DNA from: Alphaproteobacteria bacterium
GTDB lineage: Bacteria > Pseudomonadota > Alphaproteobacteria > UBA828
Assembly: GCA_963422645.2 (NCBI GenBank)
Contig: CAXXVO010000008.1
Location: 128,001 to 192,000 of the forward strand
Direction: 5' to 3'
Length of the DNA: 64,000 bases
Both the position numbers and the translations under genes were made by a program. The notes under the pieces are model-generated. The model saw only the letters and a program-made list of their open reading frames with translations. It made no database searches and had not been told where the DNA came from. The first letter of the stretch is position 1, and the number at the start of each line of letters is the position of its first letter. Below are positions 61,620-64,000 of the stretch, piece by piece.

Positions 61620-61882
61620 CCCGGATTTTCCAGCCGAATCCGATACCCCGAAACCGACCCGATTTGCCGCCGTCGCAAGACCCCTGAAACGCCCCGAAAA
61701 TCGCCGTTTCCAGCCAATTCACGGCCTCTGCACGGCCCGATTCGCAAAGACTTCCGTCCGCACGCCAGCCGCCGCACCGCCACCGTGCCGCCGCGCATCC
61801 CCTTGAGATTCCGCCACCTTCCGCCCGATTCCGCCTGATTCCACCCCTTGACCCGATTCACAACGACTTTCGTCCGTCTACA
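61620..61882. repeat. Right end of element 2
   Basis: GATTCGCAAAGACTTCCGTCC (~61739) and GATTCACAACGACTTTCGTCC (~61855); similar to 32100-32342. Confidence 0.85.
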
Positions 61883-62824
61883 GGCGGCGCGCAGCGCCCG
61901 GATGCGGGCGATCACGGTCTCGGGCGAGCCGTGGACCAGGGTGGTCTCCAGCAGCGTGTCGTAGTCGAACGCCCCGGCGCTCTCCTTCTCCGAGACGTTG
62001 CCGAGGTAGCCTGCGGTCTTTTTGCCGAGGAACGCTTCGAGGTGGCGGATGATCCCTGCCTCGCTCTCCTCCCGCGCCTTGGCGTCGGTCTCGGCCACAT
62101 AGATCCAGCGGGCGATATTGATGGAGCCGAAGGCCGGATTGGCGTTCCAGGGTGCCGGGGCGTGGGTCATGGTCTCGCGATAGAGGGCGATCTGCCCAGC
62201 GAGGGTCTCGAACGAAGGCAGGGTGGAGAGCATCAGGCCGAAGCCGTGGCGCGCCGCGATTTCGATTGAACGGTTCGTGCCGGCGGCCATGTAGAATGGC
62301 GGATGCGGCTGCTGCACGCTCACGGGGTAGATCTCGTAGTCGCCCTCGACCCGGTGCTGGAAGTGGGCGCCCTCATGGCTGACCTTCCGCGTATGGAAGG
62401 CGTCGAGAATCAAGGGGATGGCTTCTTCCTGAATGTCGTGGCGTGCGTCGAAGGGGATCCCGAAGCCCTCGTATTCGTAGGGCCGATAACCGGAACCGAG
62501 GCCCAGGCTGAGCCGCCCGTTGCTCAAGATGTCAACGAAGGCCGCGTTCTCGACGATCCGAACCGGGTTGTGGAGCGGGAGCGTCATCACCGCCGTGCCG
62601 AGCCCGATGCGGCTGGTCTTGGGCGCCAGATAGGCCAGATAGACGAAGGGATCCGGCAGCACGCCGTACTGGTTGGAGAAGTGGTGTTCGGCGATCCAGG
62701 CGGTGTCGTAGCCCAGCCGGTCCGCCTCCACGATCTCGCGGGTCACGCGCGCGTGCACGGCGCGGTGCGGATAAGGTTCAACATCGAGATTGGGCTGAGA
62801 GGTAACCAGAACACCGAATTTCAT
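61883..62824 (-). pseudogene. LLM-class flavin-dependent monooxygenase, 5' part (insertionally inactivated)
   Basis: WIAEHH, GRLSLGLGSGY, QQPHPP, HGSPETV; reconstructed length 359 aa. Confidence 0.9.
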
Positions 62825-62882
62825 CGTTCACTCCGCGGGCCGCCCGCTGCGGATGCACGATCGCACGCAGCGGGAGCGGCAC

Positions 62883-63101
62883 CTATTCTCGATAAACTGT
62901 CCACGCGCCGTCCTCGCCAGTCAGCAGACCCTCGCCCGGCGGATTCTCGTCCAGTGCGTCCTTCCAATTGCTGGGATGAAGCGGCTCGCCGCAGGCCGCG
63001 AGCCCGACGACGGCCGCGATGGCCGGGACCGGGACGATGAGTGCTGCAGCGCGGCGCGAGCCTGCTCTCGCCCGGCGCAGGGGGCGCAAACCGGTTTCCA
63101 C
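62883..63101 (-). CDS. Small putative lipoprotein
   Basis: Lipobox GLAAC after a hydrophobic stretch; GEGLLTGEDG. Confidence 0.55.
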   Translation of the reverse strand: METGLRPLRRARAGSRRAAALIVPVPAIAAVVGLAACGEPLHPSNWKDALDENPPGEGLLTGEDGAWTVYRE

Positions 63102-63107
63102 GCCGGG

Positions 63108-63740
63108 CTATTCCCCGACCGGCGCCTCGACCCGCGCCCGCAGGTCGCCCAACAGGCCGTCGATCCCCTTGCGATTGACGACCGAGGCGAACTCGACCCG
63201 ATGGGTGTGCAGCATGCTGATGCCTTCGACGTTCACGTCGATGACCTTGTAGCCTTCGTCCCGCTTCCGCACGCGAAAATCGACGTCGATCGGATTACCG
63301 CCGGAGGGCCGCACGATCTGCGCCCGCACGATCTTGTCGCCGCTCTCGTCATTGATCACCAAGCGCGCAGTGAACAGCTCGCCGCCATAGGAATCGAAGC
63401 GGCTGGCGTACACGCGTACGATAAATTCGACGAAGATCGCCCGGTATTCCTTGCGCTGTTCCTTGGTTGCCGTTTTCCAGTGCCGCCCGAGCACGAAACG
63501 GCTGACAATCGGAATGTCGAAACCCTCCACCATGACCTCGCGGAACGCCGCCTCCCGCTCTTTGAATGTCGAGTTGGCCTTGTCCTTGAGGACCGCGATG
63601 GCCTGGTCGCCGAGCCCCTGAATGAACGCCAGCGCCGGGTCGTCGGAGGCGGAGGCCCGCTCTGCGCCGATCGCGGATACCAATACGGCCGCAGCGAGAG
63701 CAGCGGCCGCAAAGAAGCGTCGAGAGATGAAGATGCTCAT
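63108..63740 (-). CDS. mlaC: Phospholipid-binding protein MlaC/Ttg2D
   Basis: Signal peptide, RFVLGRHW, KVIDVNVEGISML; next to mlaA. Confidence 0.85.
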   Translation of the reverse strand: MSIFISRRFFAAAALAAAVLVSAIGAERASASDDPALAFIQGLGDQAIAVLKDKANSTFKEREAAFREVMVEGFDIPIVSRFVLGRHWKTATKEQRKEYRAIFVEFIVRVYASRFDSYGGELFTARLVINDESGDKIVRAQIVRPSGGNPIDVDFRVRKRDEGYKVIDVNVEGISMLHTHRVEFASVVNRKGIDGLLGDLRARVEAPVGE

Positions 63741-63794
63741 GGCTATTCGTCTCTGCTTTAGCCGGGTGCGCCGCGCGCGAAGCTCTTCCCCGGA

Positions 63795-64000
63795 TCACTC
63801 CTCATCGAATTTCTCGTCGAAATCTTCATCGAAGTCGAAGTCGGGGATCTCCATCGCGGGTGGCGGCGCACCGTCCCTGATCTCCGTCGCACGATACTGC
63901 CGGTATAGCTCACGCAATGCAGCATAAAAATCGATCGAAGTGGCTTCCAGCGTTTCCAGCTCTTCGAGGTACTGGGCACGCTGGGAGACGCCGCTCGTCA
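63795..64000 (-). CDS. mlaA: VacJ/MlaA lipoprotein, C-terminal part (runs off window end)
   Basis: TSIDFYAALRELYRQYR...IRDG followed by an acidic tail. Confidence 0.75.
   Translation of the reverse strand, partial: TSGVSQRAQYLEELETLEATSIDFYAALRELYRQYRATEIRDGAPPPAMEIPDFDFDEDFDEKFDEE

Larger units (their letters stand above)
56754..61882 (+). mobile_element. Transposase-less Mu/Tn7-superfamily element 2 carrying a phage packaging module (5,129 bp)
   Basis: TGTAG...CTACA ends; 5-bp target duplication GGCGG at 56749-56753 and 61883-61887; repeated AAGTCTTTGCGAAT-type sites at both ends. Confidence 0.93.

Noticed and set aside
28330-61882. One intact prophage spanning both terminase modules
   Set aside because: No capsid, tail, lysis or replication genes; element 2 has its own ends and duplication; host genes lie between the modules.

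Overview
High-GC window that looks alphaproteobacterial. The core-like segments are an MFS transporter, a xanthine-dehydrogenase-family Mo enzyme, methylmalonyl-CoA mutase/ATM1/MeaB, mdh-sdhCDAB, a hydantoin-utilisation cluster, DUF3501 with an Fe-S oxidoreductase, and mlaAC. An accessory island of about 27 kb (~26970-54280) interrupts them. It carries three tyrosine integrases, SNF2 and RecD2 helicases, an Hsp70/GrpE/J-domain/TPR cassette, IS21 and many IS/MITE scars. The most notable feature is a 5,129-bp transposase-less element (56754-61882). It has TGTAG...CTACA ends, repeated transposase-binding-like sites and a perfect 5-bp target duplication (GGCGG) that splits an LLM monooxygenase gene, which rejoins in frame when the element is removed. 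Its only cargo is a Mu-like packaging module: 5'-truncated gp27, TerL, portal, and MuF with a C-terminal nuclease-like domain followed by a putative structured RNA. A second, divergent terL-portal-MuF module (28330-32342) ends in a closely related right end. Together they suggest either a family of non-autonomous 'packaging-only' transposable-phage elements (possible satellites) or convergent prophage decay. All family assignments come from motif recognition by eye; no searches were run.
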